Source: an uncultured Methanoregulaceae archaeon
GTDB lineage: Archaea > Halobacteriota > Methanomicrobia > Methanomicrobiales > Methanospirillaceae
DNA: 64,000 bases
NCBI GenBank assembly: GCA_963701095.1
Contig: OY969564.1
Span: 1,696,001 to 1,760,000 of the forward strand
Direction of reading: 5' to 3'
A program made the position numbers and the translations under genes. Of the stretch, positions 30,390 to 41,938 are shown one piece after another; position 1 is the first letter of the stretch; every line of letters starts with the position of its first letter. The notes under the pieces are model-generated. The model searched no databases. It saw only the letters and a list, made by a program, of their open reading frames with translations, and had not been told where the DNA came from.

Positions 30390-31547
30390 TTACAGCCCGT
30401 TGACGAACGTTTCTATCCTGCTTAATGCCTCAGTAAGCTCCTTTCGGGAAACTGCATATGCGCAGCGAAGGTGGTAATTCCCGCCGTTGCCAAATACACT
30501 GCCTGGTACTACCGCAACCCGCTGCTCTCTGAGGAGTCTCTCGGCAAATTCTACATCGGAAAGCCCGGTACCTTTCACTGAGGGAAACGCGTAAAATGCG
30601 CCTTCAGGAACATGGCAGGAAAGACCAATTCGGTTTAGTCCGGCGACAAACATGTTGCGACGGAGACGGTATTCGTTGACCATACTGGTCTTTTCATCCT
30701 CAGCTGAACGAAGAGCTTCAAGAGCACCGATCTGCCCCATCACCGGCGCACAGAGCATGACATACTGGTGAATCTTAAGTGCCGCATCACAGATATCTTT
30801 TGGCGCACAAAGAAAGCCCACCCGCCACCCGGTCATCGCATAGGCTTTGGAAAACCCGTTGAGGGTAATGGTTCGTTCCCAGAGATCTTTAACTGTCGCC
30901 ACAGCGGTATGAGTGGATTCATAAGTGAGCTCCGAATATACCTCATCGCTGATGAGCATCAGGTCCCGATCGGTTACAACATCGGCAATAGGTTCGAGAT
31001 CCTCTTTTTTCATCACAGCCCCGGTCGGGTTGTTGGGGAAGTTAATGATTAGGGCTTTCGTTTTTGGCGTGATCTTATTCTGGAGTGCGTCTGGATTAAG
31101 CCGGAAGTTGTCGGTCTCGGAGCATTCAATAGGAACAGGAATCCCACCGGCAAGGCATACACACGGGGCATAGGAGACGTAACTTGGTTCTGCAATGAGA
31201 ACTTCATCACCCGGATTAACGATTGCGCGGATTGCGATATCAAGTCCTTCCGATACCCCGGTGGTAATTATCATCTCGTTTTCAGGTGAGTAATTGAGCT
31301 GATAGCGGTTCGCGAGATGTAATCCAAGCGCGTCACGAAGGGACTGGAGTCCCCGGTTAGAGGTATACGATGTTTGGCCTTGTTCGACAGAATAGATGCC
31401 GGATTCACAAATGTTCCATGGCGTTCTAAAATCAGGTTCGCCAACACCCAAGGAAATAACATCTTTCATCGTAAGGGCTAGATCGAAAAATTTCCGAATA
31501 CCTGAAGGAGGTATCTGCAGGGTTCTGTCTGAAATAAAATTCCGCAT
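30390..31547 (-). CDS. Class I/II PLP-dependent aminotransferase
   Basis: SLGVGEPDF, NNPTG, SDEVY and GFSKAYAMTGWRVG motifs. Confidence 0.93.
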   Translation of the reverse strand: MRNFISDRTLQIPPSGIRKFFDLALTMKDVISLGVGEPDFRTPWNICESGIYSVEQGQTSYTSNRGLQSLRDALGLHLANRYQLNYSPENEMIITTGVSEGLDIAIRAIVNPGDEVLIAEPSYVSYAPCVCLAGGIPVPIECSETDNFRLNPDALQNKITPKTKALIINFPNNPTGAVMKKEDLEPIADVVTDRDLMLISDEVYSELTYESTHTAVATVKDLWERTITLNGFSKAYAMTGWRVGFLCAPKDICDAALKIHQYVMLCAPVMGQIGALEALRSAEDEKTSMVNEYRLRRNMFVAGLNRIGLSCHVPEGAFYAFPSVKGTGLSDVEFAERLLREQRVAVVPGSVFGNGGNYHLRCAYAVSRKELTEALSRIETFVNGL

Positions 31548-31557
31548 ACAGCCACCG

Positions 31558-32049
31558 TTAGAAAGAGTACGGAAGACGCTCAGTTTCCTGCTGTTCAAAA
31601 AGCGTGTTGCCATTTTCCTTATAGGATTTCATGACAATGTGTGTCGCCGTTTCACGGATGCGATCCATTGGTGCAACATGCTCAGAGACAAAACGGGAAA
31701 CTTCCTGCATGTTCCTTCCGCTCACCTTAACCTGGAGATCGTAGGTACCCGTGATAAGACGCAATGTCCGGACCTGCTTAAAACGGGAAAGCCTTTCCGC
31801 AATCCGGTCATACCCATAGTCACGTTCGGGACTCACTTTCAACTCAATAATTGCCGATACTTCGCTGTTTCCTGCTTTTTCCCAGTTGATGACGGTTGTG
31901 TACTTTCGGATGATCCGGCTTTCTTCCAATGCGTGAATACGTGTTTCCACCTCAGCCGGGATAAGATTTGTCATTGAGCCTATTTCCATCGCAGACAGTC
32001 GGCTGTTCTCCTCAAGAATCCGGAGGAGTTCGAGATCCTTGTCATCCAT
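31558..32049 (-). CDS. Lrp/AsnC family transcriptional regulator
   Basis: N-terminal HTH (DLELLRILEENSR) and RAM domain (ITGTYDL); paired with the aminotransferase. Confidence 0.9.
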   Translation of the reverse strand: MDDKDLELLRILEENSRLSAMEIGSMTNLIPAEVETRIHALEESRIIRKYTTVINWEKAGNSEVSAIIELKVSPERDYGYDRIAERLSRFKQVRTLRLITGTYDLQVKVSGRNMQEVSRFVSEHVAPMDRIRETATHIVMKSYKENGNTLFEQQETERLPYSF

Positions 32050-32055
32050 CTTTCA

Positions 32056-33349
32056 TCACCTGAACCACGTTTTTAACCATTTGGCTTCCATCTGATTTAT
32101 ATCGAGATCTTTTAGTCCGTTAAGCCGGGGGTCTTTGAGAACGACTTCACGGATCTTTCCGGTGTTTGTATCAAACCACATTTCCTTAGTTCTTCCATAC
32201 CTCCCTCGGCTCACAACACGGGTATTAATAACACCAAGCATGTTGAGTTCTGAGATCAAATCTGTTATTCGGCGGTGAGTCAGAATATCCAGCTGAATAT
32301 CAGGAGCAATATCCTGATAGACGCGGGAGACTTCTCCGCTTGTAAAAATATTCTGGCCAAGCTGTTCCAGCGTCAGCATTGAGTAAAGAATGAGCTTACT
32401 TTGTGTGGGGAGTGTCGCAATGCACTCAATCATGCTGTCAGTTTCAATTTTTGCCTGAGCCTGTTTCACATGGACTTCAGACTACCTGTTTGGACTCGTC
32501 ACGGTCTGCGAGTTCGCCGGAGATCCTGAGAAGATCCAGAGCGCGACGTGCATCGCCGTGCTCCTGAGCGGCAAGGGCTGCGCAGAGAGGGATAACTCCT
32601 TCTGCAATCGCGCCATCGAGAAATGCCCCTGCGGCACGTTGAGTGAGAATGTCTACCAGTTGTGGTGCGTTATATGGTGGAAAGACAATTTCTTCTTCTG
32701 ACAGCGAAGAAAGGACACGCGGATCCAGGAAATCCTTAAAACTGAGATCATTGGAAATACCGATAATACTGACTTTGGAGTTTTTGAGATCAGAATTTAT
32801 CCTGGTCAGATTATAAAGCGTGTCATCGCCACTCTTTTTTACCAGTTTATCAATTTCGTCAAGGACAATTACAAGCACACCGCCGCCTGCTTCCAGCTGG
32901 TTTTTGAGTTCAGAATAAACCTGATCTGTCGGCCACCCGGTCATGGGAATATGAATGCGGGTTTTGTCACTTGATGCTTCTTCAAATCCGTCAATACATT
33001 TGGCAATCTGCGCTAAGACCCGGTATTGTGTGTCTATTACTTCGCAATTGAGATGAACAATACGACAAGTAGTCCCCATCGAACTACTGGCTCTTTCCAG
33101 CTCCGAACCTACATACCGGACACTAGCAGTTTTACCTGTTCCTGTTTTCCCGTAGATAAGAATGTTTGAAGGAGTTTCATTCCTGAGGGATGGGGCCAGA
33201 ATGGATGCTATTGTATCGATCTGGGGCTGACGGTGTGGGAGGATTTGTGGACGATACGAGTGCCGGAGGACTTCACGGTCACGGAATATCCGGTTATTAG
33301 ATAGATATTTTATAAATAAGCCGGTTGAGGGATCTACAGGTTCTGGCAT
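32056..33349 (-). CDS. cdc6: Orc1/Cdc6 replication initiator; frameshift near 32481
   Basis: Walker A GKTGTGKT, LDEID and GDARRALDLL motifs. Removing one base joins the winged-helix ORF 32056-32469 (SRGRYGRT). Confidence 0.93.
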
Positions 33350-33415
33350 GATGACTCGCGGACGTGATCCTTAGTGTGCAGAATTAAAAAAGTACTTGGT
33401 TTATTTCCTTTATAA

Positions 33416-33798
33416 ACCCCCTTGCTTCCCGTGGAAAAACCAATTAATCGGGCGGAAATTAGGATCCGGGGCCATATATAAAAATTAAGATTTTATTATT
33501 TTTCTTTTTTATTCACGTTTATCTAATGTTAATACTTATACATTGTGTTCTTTTGTTGTGGAGAGGGACCCCTTTGTTTCGTGTGGAAACTCAAAAGAAG
33601 TATCTCTTCAATTTGAAGTTATTCAAAAGAAATAGCCAATTATACTATAATTTTAATCCTATTTATGATAATCGAAATGCTTCTCCGGAAGGTGCAGAAA
33701 CAGGTGAAAAGCTATTACCGTAAAAATTTCTGGTACTCTGGATTTGCATCTGGTATTACTCGACATGAAATCTCCAATAGAAACAAAGGGGTCCCTCT
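33416..33798. other. Replication origin oriC with three ORB elements around an AT-rich unwinding region
   Basis: ORB-like TCCA...GAA[A/G]CAA[A/G]GGGGT at 33416-33438 (-), 33565-33590 (-) and 33772-33795 (+); perfect 19-bp inverted repeat 33562-80/33780-98; adjacent to cdc6. Confidence 0.88.
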
Positions 33799-33883
33799 TG
33801 TTTTAAAAAGAAAGGGAAGAAAAACGAGAAGAATGTGAATCGTATATGTTAATTAACGAGCAATCATCAATATCTTTAATAAT

Positions 33884-34372
33884 ATGAATAGGGAACACGT
33901 CAAACCCATTGCGATAGTTGGTGGAATAATCACTGTGTCTACTACCAGAAACAAAGAATCAGATACGAGTGGTAAAACCATCCAGGCGCTCTTTGCCGGA
34001 GCGAAAATCCCAATTAAACATTACGTGGTGATTCCCGATACTATTGAAGATATTCGGTTTGAATTGTCCAAAGCCCTCAAAATCTGTAACTGTATCATTC
34101 TTGATGGGGGAACCGGATTGACACCAGACGATGTAACTATTGAAGCTGTTTCACCACTTCTTGAAAAAAAGATCGACGGTTTTGGCGAACTATTCCGGAT
34201 GAAAAGCTATGACGAGATCGGTACATCTGCGATGTTATCCCGGGCGGTCGCTGGAACGATCCAAGGTAAAGCAGTATTCTGCATACCGGGATCTACTGCG
34301 GCGGTAATCCTTGCAACAAAGACTCTCATTATCCCTGAGATCTCGCATATCCTCTCTCACGCAAACAAATGA
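33884..34372 (+). CDS. moaB: MogA/MoaB family molybdopterin adenylyltransferase
   Basis: ITVS..R..D.SG, GGTG..PDDVTIEA, GFGELFR and PGS motifs. Confidence 0.88.
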   Translation: MNREHVKPIAIVGGIITVSTTRNKESDTSGKTIQALFAGAKIPIKHYVVIPDTIEDIRFELSKALKICNCIILDGGTGLTPDDVTIEAVSPLLEKKIDGFGELFRMKSYDEIGTSAMLSRAVAGTIQGKAVFCIPGSTAAVILATKTLIIPEISHILSHANK

Positions 34373-34420
34373 TTTCCTGTTTTTATATGTGTCATCAGAG
34401 AGAAACTGATACCGACGTAT

Positions 34421-34942
34421 CTATTTGCAGACATTTAGGAGTGCAACCCGTTCAAGCACAAGATCCCTGATCCGGTCTCTTCCTGCAGCTGCAAGCTCTT
34501 CGGGAGAAATGCCAAAAAGGTCTGCAAGCTTTGCAGATTTTTCTGAAGAGATGTCATCGCCGGGATCACCGTAAAATTCAAGAATGTCAGAGAGCTGGTC
34601 CCATATCCCCATCGGCGTCGGGCAGCAGCAGATATACAGGTTATTCTTCCCCTCATGGAGTCCAAAAGAGACAGCAACGCTACATTGCCGGGTTCCAGCT
34701 GCATAGAGAAGTGCCTCCATCTCAAACGAATTGGAGATTGCACAATCCGAGGAAAAGGATCGTTGCGCGTACCGGAGTGCCATATGTGCATGTTCCCGGC
34801 CAGCCAGTTTATCAGCGTCAAAACAGACGATACTGGTGCCAGATTGTCCTGCAATTGTACGTATTTTGTTAAGAAGGGAAGGAATATCGTGGACGGTTAC
34901 TTCGGCGTAACGGATTTGACACGATACATCTGACTCAATCAT
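34421..34942 (-). CDS. cgi121: KEOPS complex subunit Cgi121
   Basis: FDAD.LAG..H...A, EALLYAAGTRQC and LVLERVALL motifs. Confidence 0.88.
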   Translation of the reverse strand: MIESDVSCQIRYAEVTVHDIPSLLNKIRTIAGQSGTSIVCFDADKLAGREHAHMALRYAQRSFSSDCAISNSFEMEALLYAAGTRQCSVAVSFGLHEGKNNLYICCCPTPMGIWDQLSDILEFYGDPGDDISSEKSAKLADLFGISPEELAAAGRDRIRDLVLERVALLNVCK

Positions 34943-34945
34943 GGC

Positions 34946-37132
34946 TCACCCGAACCGTAACAGGGTAGACTGGTCGGACTTGCCGTTATTATCACCGTTT
35001 TCTGCCTCTTTTGCTTTCTCTCTCCTTTTTGGCATGAGCTGAGAAAGAATCTGTTCTGTGATAGCTGCGCCAAGGATTTTTACTAGATCTTCTTTTTTAT
35101 GATGGATAATTTCATCGGGAGATGTGATGCCATTGTTGAATAGACGGCGAGCTCGTACCCGGCCGATGCCACGTATCCGTATTAAGGGGAGCAGCTCACG
35201 ACGGATACCGTTTTTCATGCAGATCTCATAATCGTCTATCTGGGGATAAAATGCAGGCGCAACCATCCTGGCCAGACGGGATGTGGCGTGGAGCAACCAG
35301 TTGATATTCTCTACCATTCCATACACATCGCCGGGACCAACTGCATACCGTTCACAAATTTTCTCCTCCGCAAGTTCGTCGGTCCAGTCAGACAGAAGCA
35401 TGGCAGTCTTTACTGCCCGGTAAAAATTCTCTGCCTCCTCTTCATCTTGAGGGAAGGGGAGCCAGAGATCGCATCCTTTTTGTTCTATCATGCGTGAAAG
35501 TGCGGGCAGGTCCGAATTTTTTGCATAAAGTGTTGGCATGTCTGGTGTAGCACATATGAGCTGGAGAAGGCCGATGTCGGTATAGGTATCTCTTTCCCGC
35601 AACGTAGTCACGATCATTGAGGCACTTCGCGGGTCAATATACATCCGGGAAACAAGCATACCAAGCTCAGTCGCTCCGAGGTGCTCTCCTATTTCCAGGA
35701 TCATTTCTGCAGAGATTAGAAATTCAAGGGCAGCATCAACCGCTCGGTGCATGAGTCTGCCCTGCCTGTGTTCATGGACGTAATATGAACGGTTCATGAA
35801 AGCGGACAATTCACTGCGGTTTGTTGCAAAACCCGAAGCCACAAGAGAAAGGACATGGGTATAGAGAGCGGTTGGCTCCGCCAGACGTGAAGTGACATCC
35901 TCTGCTGCCGCATCAATATAACATGCGAACAATTCCGGGACCTGTTCGGCATCTTTTGCGATCAGCACTGCTTCACCATATGGATCGAGGTGGGGTCTTC
36001 CAGCCCGTCCAGCCATCTGCCGGTACTCGCTGACCGGGATTGGCTGCATCCCCTCACCAGCAGAGAACCGGAGGTAATCCCTGATAATAACCCGGCGTGC
36101 AGGAAGGTTCAGGCCTGCTGCTAATGTCGGTGTCGAAGAAATGCATTTGATCAACCCCTTGCGGAAGGCATCTTCCACAACCAGGCGCTCGTTCCGGCCC
36201 AGTCCGGCGTGATGAAACGCGGCGCCCTTTGCCACACACAGAGCAAGCGTTTTTACCATCTCGGTAGGTGTACCGGAAAGAAGATGTTCGGCGCATTCTG
36301 CAAGAGTAGGGTCCTCACTTTTAATTGCAGATGCCGCTCTCTTTGCAAATGCCTCGGCATTTCGGCGCGATGATACAAAGACTAAACACTGCCCCCCCTC
36401 TGCAATGGTATCAAGGCAGAGGTTAAGGTCATCGTAATTTTTTGATACCTGCTTGATATCCCGCGCTTTCCCCTCACCAAACCGGATCCGGTTGTTATAG
36501 AAGACACCCTGGCGAAGATCGACCGGCCGCCACGAGCTCGTGACCATTTCAGCATCCAGCCACCCTGCAAGCATATTAGGGTTACCAATGGTCGCCGAAA
36601 GCCCGATGATCTGTATGGCCGGGTTCCGGTACCGCATTTTAGCGATCACCATCTCAAGCGTGGGACCCCTATCCGGCGAATCAATCAGGTGAACTTCGTC
36701 TACAACAAGAAGGGTGATTTCCTGTAGCCATCGGGCCGCATTCCTGAGCAGGGAATCAACTTTCTCACTAGTAGCGACGATAATGTCGTTCTTTCCCAGA
36801 TTTTCATCCTGCCGGTCGAGATCGCCGGTTGAGATACCGACCCGGACACCCTTCCCGGAAAATTCTTCGAATTTTTCTGAGGCCAGCGCCTTAAGCGGGA
36901 CAATATACAGGCATTTTCCCCCGGCGGCGATAGTGCGGTGCATAGCCATCTCCGCGATAAGTGTTTTACCGCTCGCTGTAGGAATTGCCACAAGGAGATT
37001 TTTGCCATCCAGCAACCCCTTCTCTACACATGCGGTCTGTGGGGGATAAAGATCTCTTATTCCCGATTTGGAGTACTGCTGCCTGAGGTTTTCGGGTATG
37101 GCGAGATCCTGTACCTGCATGACACTTCCCAC
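34946..37132 (-). CDS. hel308: Ski2-like ATP-dependent DNA helicase Hel308
   Basis: [26 protein letters not shown] and QMAGRAGRP motifs; HhH GIGRVRAR. Confidence 0.93.
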   Translation of the reverse strand: MGSVMQVQDLAIPENLRQQYSKSGIRDLYPPQTACVEKGLLDGKNLLVAIPTASGKTLIAEMAMHRTIAAGGKCLYIVPLKALASEKFEEFSGKGVRVGISTGDLDRQDENLGKNDIIVATSEKVDSLLRNAARWLQEITLLVVDEVHLIDSPDRGPTLEMVIAKMRYRNPAIQIIGLSATIGNPNMLAGWLDAEMVTSSWRPVDLRQGVFYNNRIRFGEGKARDIKQVSKNYDDLNLCLDTIAEGGQCLVFVSSRRNAEAFAKRAASAIKSEDPTLAECAEHLLSGTPTEMVKTLALCVAKGAAFHHAGLGRNERLVVEDAFRKGLIKCISSTPTLAAGLNLPARRVIIRDYLRFSAGEGMQPIPVSEYRQMAGRAGRPHLDPYGEAVLIAKDAEQVPELFACYIDAAAEDVTSRLAEPTALYTHVLSLVASGFATNRSELSAFMNRSYYVHEHRQGRLMHRAVDAALEFLISAEMILEIGEHLGATELGMLVSRMYIDPRSASMIVTTLRERDTYTDIGLLQLICATPDMPTLYAKNSDLPALSRMIEQKGCDLWLPFPQDEEEAENFYRAVKTAMLLSDWTDELAEEKICERYAVGPGDVYGMVENINWLLHATSRLARMVAPAFYPQIDDYEICMKNGIRRELLPLIRIRGIGRVRARRLFNNGITSPDEIIHHKKEDLVKILGAAITEQILSQLMPKRREKAKEAENGDNNGKSDQSTLLRFG

Positions 37133-37300
37133 GTTATCGTGAATTGTTACAACATATTTCCAAAAAGATCCATCACAAAACTTCCAGCGAACATGCCTGT
37201 ATTTCGTTTTTCCAGGTATGGCAAAAAACAGGCATAAAAGTTTGGTTCAACAAGGTGTTTAGGAACTATCCGTAATTGTAACTTAGGATATCCTGACAAT

Positions 37301-37846
37301 TTAATAGTAGTAACTGATCATATCCTGTTTGGCCTCTTTCTTCTTCTTGTCGAGGAATGCAAAGACGTTTTCGTGAGGAACTCCCTCGATAAGCATATCA
37401 ATAGCTGCTCTTGCGATCTTCATCTGTTCGGGATAGCCAATCAATGCTACAGTATGGCCGAAAACTGAGATATCGACGTCAGTCATATTCTCTATCTGCT
37501 CGCGGGCACGGCCATCTTTGCCGATTATTCGTCCCCTCAGCCGGTCAAGCTGCCGGGGATTATCTGCTACACGGGATAGATCGATAATGTCGAGAAGAAG
37601 GTCCTCGTCTTCGATCATCTCAAACGCACGCTCAGGTGAGAACCCGGCATTTATAGCGTTGATTATCTCTACAGCCCGAAGGAGGGGGATTGCATTTTCT
37701 TCAGATCCTTCAACCTTCACCAATCCTTCCTTGCTATCGATAGAGATGGTAGTGTGCGTCTTCGATTCGAGCTCTTTTTTAATCGCTCCGCCTTTTCCGA
37801 TTAGTACGCCCACTCTGGTCGTTGCAACCTTTAGTTCCTGTATCAT
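37301..37846 (-). CDS. KH-domain ribosome biogenesis protein (Dim2/Pno1-like)
   Basis: Two KH GxxG motifs (LIGKGG, IIGKDG); next to rio1. Confidence 0.9.
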   Translation of the reverse strand: MIQELKVATTRVGVLIGKGGAIKKELESKTHTTISIDSKEGLVKVEGSEENAIPLLRAVEIINAINAGFSPERAFEMIEDEDLLLDIIDLSRVADNPRQLDRLRGRIIGKDGRAREQIENMTDVDISVFGHTVALIGYPEQMKIARAAIDMLIEGVPHENVFAFLDKKKKEAKQDMISYYY

Positions 37847-37920
37847 CGTTCATTCACCTGTCTGGGAATTTACATCGGTATAGTGTCGTTTTGGGGTATT
37901 ACCGCTGCATTCCATGTTTA

Positions 37921-38700
37921 TCATGGCTTGGTAACTTCAAGGCCGGTTATTGAGTTGAAAACATCATACTCTGAAGTTATAGCGCAGCCTCTCTTTTTAA
38001 AGAATCTGTTCACATTACGAATATCCCGCATGAGGAACTGGAGGGCACGAGGGTGATCGCGGGTTACAGACTGCCCCATATCGATGAGATATGGTTGGTC
38101 ATGGTATAATATATTAAACTCACTTAAGTCACCATGTACCAATTCTGCTTTTGCATATAATGTTTTGATCATATCGATAATACACTCGTATACCCGTTGG
38201 GGGTCCTCTATATCTACTGATCGTATCTGGGGATATGGAGTCTCGCCTTCGCCAAGAAAGGACATTATGAGAATGTTCCGGTCCCATACAAACGGTTCAG
38301 GAACGGGAATTCCTGCCTCCCGTGCCCTTACGAGATTGGAAAACTCCTTTTTTGTCCAGGCAAAGATAAGTTCTTTTTTGGATTTCTTAACGTGGGAAAA
38401 CCTGCGGTCACCCGTGATATAGGAGCTCATGGTAGTAAAATTCGCTGACTGGACCCGGTAAATCTTGATGGCCACATTTACCTCCCCCCGTTCGCCGAGG
38501 AAAACGTTCGCCTCTTTACCGGTACTAATCGATCCGCCTATCGCAGTGAGCCATTTTTTGTGCACGAGCTTGTATAATGCAAGAAGAGTAACCTCGTCAA
38601 ATACATTCTCGCTGACTTTAAAGTTGTCCGCATCTTTAATGCGAATACCCATTTCAGCAAGTCGCTGATCGAATGCCTCTTCTCTCTCTTCAATCTTCAA
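37921..38700 (-). CDS. rio1: RIO1 family Ser kinase
   Basis: STGKEANVF, LVHGDLSEFNIL and IDMGQSV motifs. Confidence 0.93.
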   Translation of the reverse strand: MKIEEREEAFDQRLAEMGIRIKDADNFKVSENVFDEVTLLALYKLVHKKWLTAIGGSISTGKEANVFLGERGEVNVAIKIYRVQSANFTTMSSYITGDRRFSHVKKSKKELIFAWTKKEFSNLVRAREAGIPVPEPFVWDRNILIMSFLGEGETPYPQIRSVDIEDPQRVYECIIDMIKTLYAKAELVHGDLSEFNILYHDQPYLIDMGQSVTRDHPRALQFLMRDIRNVNRFFKKRGCAITSEYDVFNSITGLEVTKP

Positions 38701-38741
38701 GGGCAGTCCCCGAACCGGTCCAATCTGATATTCTTTTTATG

Positions 38742-39683
38742 TCACCGTATATAGTCGCGCACCGTGGCAAGGATCTCCACAAGGCCATCACCACAGGCTT
38801 TTTTGAGATCAAGCGGATGAACCTCTCCTTTGGCGTAGGCAGTTTCAAGATCTGTGTAATCGGTGAATATCCGGTTTCCGCCGAATTTTTCCGGCCTTTT
38901 CAGGACGATTTCCGGTAGTCGGGGGAAAATATGGTACTGGAAGATTTGGAGGACCGGGTTTTCGGCCGTCTCCGGCGGGCAGAATGCCCTCTGGCATTTT
39001 TTCCTGATCTCTTCTTCGCTATCAGCGACTGAAATATAGTTTCCCTGTGATGATGACATCTTCTTACCATCAAGACCGTTGAGAATTGGTGTATGGATAC
39101 AGACCGGAGAAGGAAAGCCGAAATTTGGCAGGTGTTCCCGGGCGAGCATATGGATCTTCCTCTGGTCTATCCCGCCGACGGCGGCGTCAACCCCCAGCAT
39201 AGCGATATCGGCCATCTGCATGATCGGATATATCATCTGTGAAACAGTCGGATGATCCATCTGCCTGCCAACTTCGTCCATGCTCCGTGTTGCCCGGGCA
39301 AGAGTGATCTGCTGGGACAGCTGGTGCACAAGCAGCTCATATTCACGGTTGAGCTGGAGATCGGAGCCAAGCACGTATTTCACATTCTTGAGACCAAGCC
39401 CCTCAAAACACCGGCGATTGTATTCGGCGAGCTTCCCCACTTTTTCCATGGTTCCTTTCCGGTTAAGGAACGCATGCAAATCGGCAAGAAGAACGGTAAC
39501 TTCAAAACCAGCTGCTTGGAGATCGACGAGTTTGTTCACCGTAACGAGGTGACCGAGGTGTATTTCACCGCTCGGTTCGTACCCGGCATAAACCTTCTTT
39601 GTTGTTCGGGATAGAAGAGTGCGGATTTCGTCTTCGGTTACAATTTCAACGGTGTTCCGGGTAACCCGTTCGAATGTTTCCAT
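38742..39683 (-). CDS. tyrS: Tyrosine--tRNA ligase
   Basis: YAGYEPSG.IHLGH, YPIMQ, GGIDQRKIH and KMSSS motifs. Confidence 0.96.
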   Translation of the reverse strand: METFERVTRNTVEIVTEDEIRTLLSRTTKKVYAGYEPSGEIHLGHLVTVNKLVDLQAAGFEVTVLLADLHAFLNRKGTMEKVGKLAEYNRRCFEGLGLKNVKYVLGSDLQLNREYELLVHQLSQQITLARATRSMDEVGRQMDHPTVSQMIYPIMQMADIAMLGVDAAVGGIDQRKIHMLAREHLPNFGFPSPVCIHTPILNGLDGKKMSSSQGNYISVADSEEEIRKKCQRAFCPPETAENPVLQIFQYHIFPRLPEIVLKRPEKFGGNRIFTDYTDLETAYAKGEVHPLDLKKACGDGLVEILATVRDYIR

Positions 39684-39708
39684 CAAAAATAATGGGCGAT
39701 TGGTGGAG

Positions 39709-40740
39709 TTAATGGTTATTCTGGATGGGGGTAAAGCCGAGTGCATCGTTGGTGAGTTTTATGGAAGCTGCCGCATCCTTAGAAAGTCCGGTCATAGCCC
39801 GTATCGCATCAACATTCTCCACGACAACATCTGCCTCCTGGTGTATGGCCTGGAAGAAGCAGAGTTCGTTTTTAGTTGCGTATACTGACTCCTCGAAAAT
39901 GCAATTTTCATAGAGGTCCGCCCTCTGACGACCGAGATCTGAGGCAAATTCTTTGAGTTCTGCTGTGCTTTTGATAGCAGCGGTCTTCTTTACAAGACCC
40001 ATGCGAGGATGGGTTTTGATGAGCTCAATAACTCTCTCCCGGTTCACTTCTTTTTTTGTAGTGATCCGGATTGCGTGCATATGCATCATTGTCGTCGGGA
40101 CAATCATGGCCATAGTCGTAATGGAAATATGGGGAAGAACGGTCTGGACATCAGGACCGTGGTGGCTGGGGACAGTCACCGGGTCGAGAACAACAGCGTC
40201 GATCGGTCCCTTCTTGATCTCTCCGGGATCGGATCCCCTGCGGACCATAATCGCGTGAACGTGAGCTACGCCGAATTCTTTGTCAACTTCATGGATAATC
40301 CTACAGAGCCCGGTAGTGTTACAGGAAACGACTCGAACGAATTGCCGGCCTATAGCATCGGAAAAATTACAGGACGAGTTAAACGAAAACCCAGCCACTT
40401 CATGTTCTTCGCCGCCCTGCCAGATTGCTTTCTTTCCCAGTTTTTCGTAGAGCGGTTTGTTGGTTGCTCCCACATCTCCAGGTGTTGCATCCACGATCAC
40501 ATCGGCCGCTTTACACATATCTTCTACCGAGCCTGCGACCACAAGCCCTGCTTTTTCAAAAGCCGGTTTTTTTGAAAGATCTGCGATAAAAAGCGGGTAT
40601 CCCCGCTGTTTTGCTATGAATGCCTCGGCGTTAGGGCGGGTTTTTGAGACACCGATTACCTTCATGTCCTTCTGGGCAGCAACTGCATCGGCAACCCGCT
40701 TTCCGATAGTACCGTACCCGTTGATGGCAACCTTGATCAT
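39709..40740 (-). CDS. gap: Archaeal (type II) glyceraldehyde-3-phosphate dehydrogenase
   Basis: NGYGTIGKRVADA, VVSCNTTGL and PSHHGPDV motifs. Confidence 0.96.
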   Translation of the reverse strand: MIKVAINGYGTIGKRVADAVAAQKDMKVIGVSKTRPNAEAFIAKQRGYPLFIADLSKKPAFEKAGLVVAGSVEDMCKAADVIVDATPGDVGATNKPLYEKLGKKAIWQGGEEHEVAGFSFNSSCNFSDAIGRQFVRVVSCNTTGLCRIIHEVDKEFGVAHVHAIMVRRGSDPGEIKKGPIDAVVLDPVTVPSHHGPDVQTVLPHISITTMAMIVPTTMMHMHAIRITTKKEVNRERVIELIKTHPRMGLVKKTAAIKSTAELKEFASDLGRQRADLYENCIFEESVYATKNELCFFQAIHQEADVVVENVDAIRAMTGLSKDAAASIKLTNDALGFTPIQNNH

Positions 40741-40845
40741 ACAATCAACCTGTATGAACGAGATAAGATAAAGATTGCCTCTTTTATCCCTTAGGGAAAA
40801 TCAAATCTCACTGCCCGGCCAGATAATCCCTTGGTAACGGTGCCA

Positions 40846-41337
40846 TCATAAGAAAAGTGCCTGGAATTTTACGATCTCGGTGCTGTCTTTCGCAGTTACA
40901 TACAGCTCCAGCGGCTCCTTGTCGACTTCTAAAAATCGTTTGCCCCAGCTGACACATCTGAGAATCTCTGCCGCACGATCAGATTCACCAAGAATGTAAA
41001 GGGAAGCAGCGAGCGCTTCTACAGAGGTTAATTTGCAGGGCCTGCCGAAATTGACCGGGTTAGCCGCCATAAGAAAAGGCAGTGCCCTCCGGATTCTCCA
41101 CGATTTGACCAACCCGGTATCTAGAACTTCCCATGAGCAGTCCAGGGCGGTAATGGATTTAACGGATTTATCAGCCGGTGAGAGTGCCTGCTCTGCAGTG
41201 GGATCCAGGAGGAGGGTGTTCCTTGGGATTTGGGAAATTTTTTTAACGATCCGCAAATGACCGGCCCGCTCAAGTTTTTTTACCGTACACTTACGGGGAT
41301 CGCAGCTGTTATCGCGGTACGCAACAAGCGGGATCAT
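40846..41337 (-). CDS. tsr3: 16S rRNA aminocarboxypropyltransferase Tsr3 (DUF367)
   Basis: CDPRKCT, LDCSW and RALPFL.AANPVNFG..KLTSVEA motifs. Confidence 0.93.
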   Translation of the reverse strand: MIPLVAYRDNSCDPRKCTVKKLERAGHLRIVKKISQIPRNTLLLDPTAEQALSPADKSVKSITALDCSWEVLDTGLVKSWRIRRALPFLMAANPVNFGRPCKLTSVEALAASLYILGESDRAAEILRCVSWGKRFLEVDKEPLELYVTAKDSTEIVKFQALFL

Positions 41338-41446
41338 TGATTATTCTGTGCGTCCGCAACGGTATCAATGTACTTATTTTCAGGTTAGTATACATTTTCG
41401 GCTTTTCGAGGATAGGTTTGAAACCCGCCATTCTGGCGACGCAAGG

Positions 41447-41773
41447 CTAATCATTCATCGTGATCTTTCTCGCTGAAATAACCTCATAGATCATCAGTTC
41501 TGTCGGCGCTGCGTGCCATTTCGCTGTTTTTGCAAAAAATTCCTGCATATGGGGCTGTGTGAGATGTTCGTCAAGATGACGTTGGGATCCCCATTCCTCA
41601 AGAAAATGAATCACCGTCGGAGAGGTTGCACTCGTAAAAAGTTCGTACCGGTTGCAGCCCGCCTCGCTACGAACTAATGGCATAACCTTTTGCACTTCAG
41701 CAATAAAGTCACGACGCATTTCCGGCACAAGCACAATCCGTGCATCAACCAATATCAAAATCAACATCCCCAA
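41447..41773 (-). CDS. Antibiotic-biosynthesis-monooxygenase (ABM) family protein
   Basis: RSEAGCNRYEL and FLEEW.S..HL..H motifs. Confidence 0.85.
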   Translation of the reverse strand: MGMLILILVDARIVLVPEMRRDFIAEVQKVMPLVRSEAGCNRYELFTSATSPTVIHFLEEWGSQRHLDEHLTQPHMQEFFAKTAKWHAAPTELMIYEVISARKITMND

Positions 41774-41938
41774 ATAAGAATTAAATTATTGTTAGATGTT
41801 TCGGCATTTTTCTTTTTCGTTGGAAACAGAGTAAAAGGTAGGAGAGCTCCAGCCTTTTATGGTACTGGGGAACAGAGTACATAATATCAGATTATTGAAA
41901 AGGAACGAAAAATGATTCCTGCGGATAGATGATAATCA

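Noticed and set aside
16546..33349. nrdJ, cobD and cdc6 as true pseudogenes or programmed frameshifts
   Set aside because: Both halves retain conserved motifs with no other decay, no consistent slippery heptamer is present, and the breaks share GTAC/AGCT context. Sequencing error is more parsimonious.
33526..33723. 65-aa ORF upstream of cdc6
   Set aside because: Overlaps an ORB and the AT-rich origin core; no protein features.
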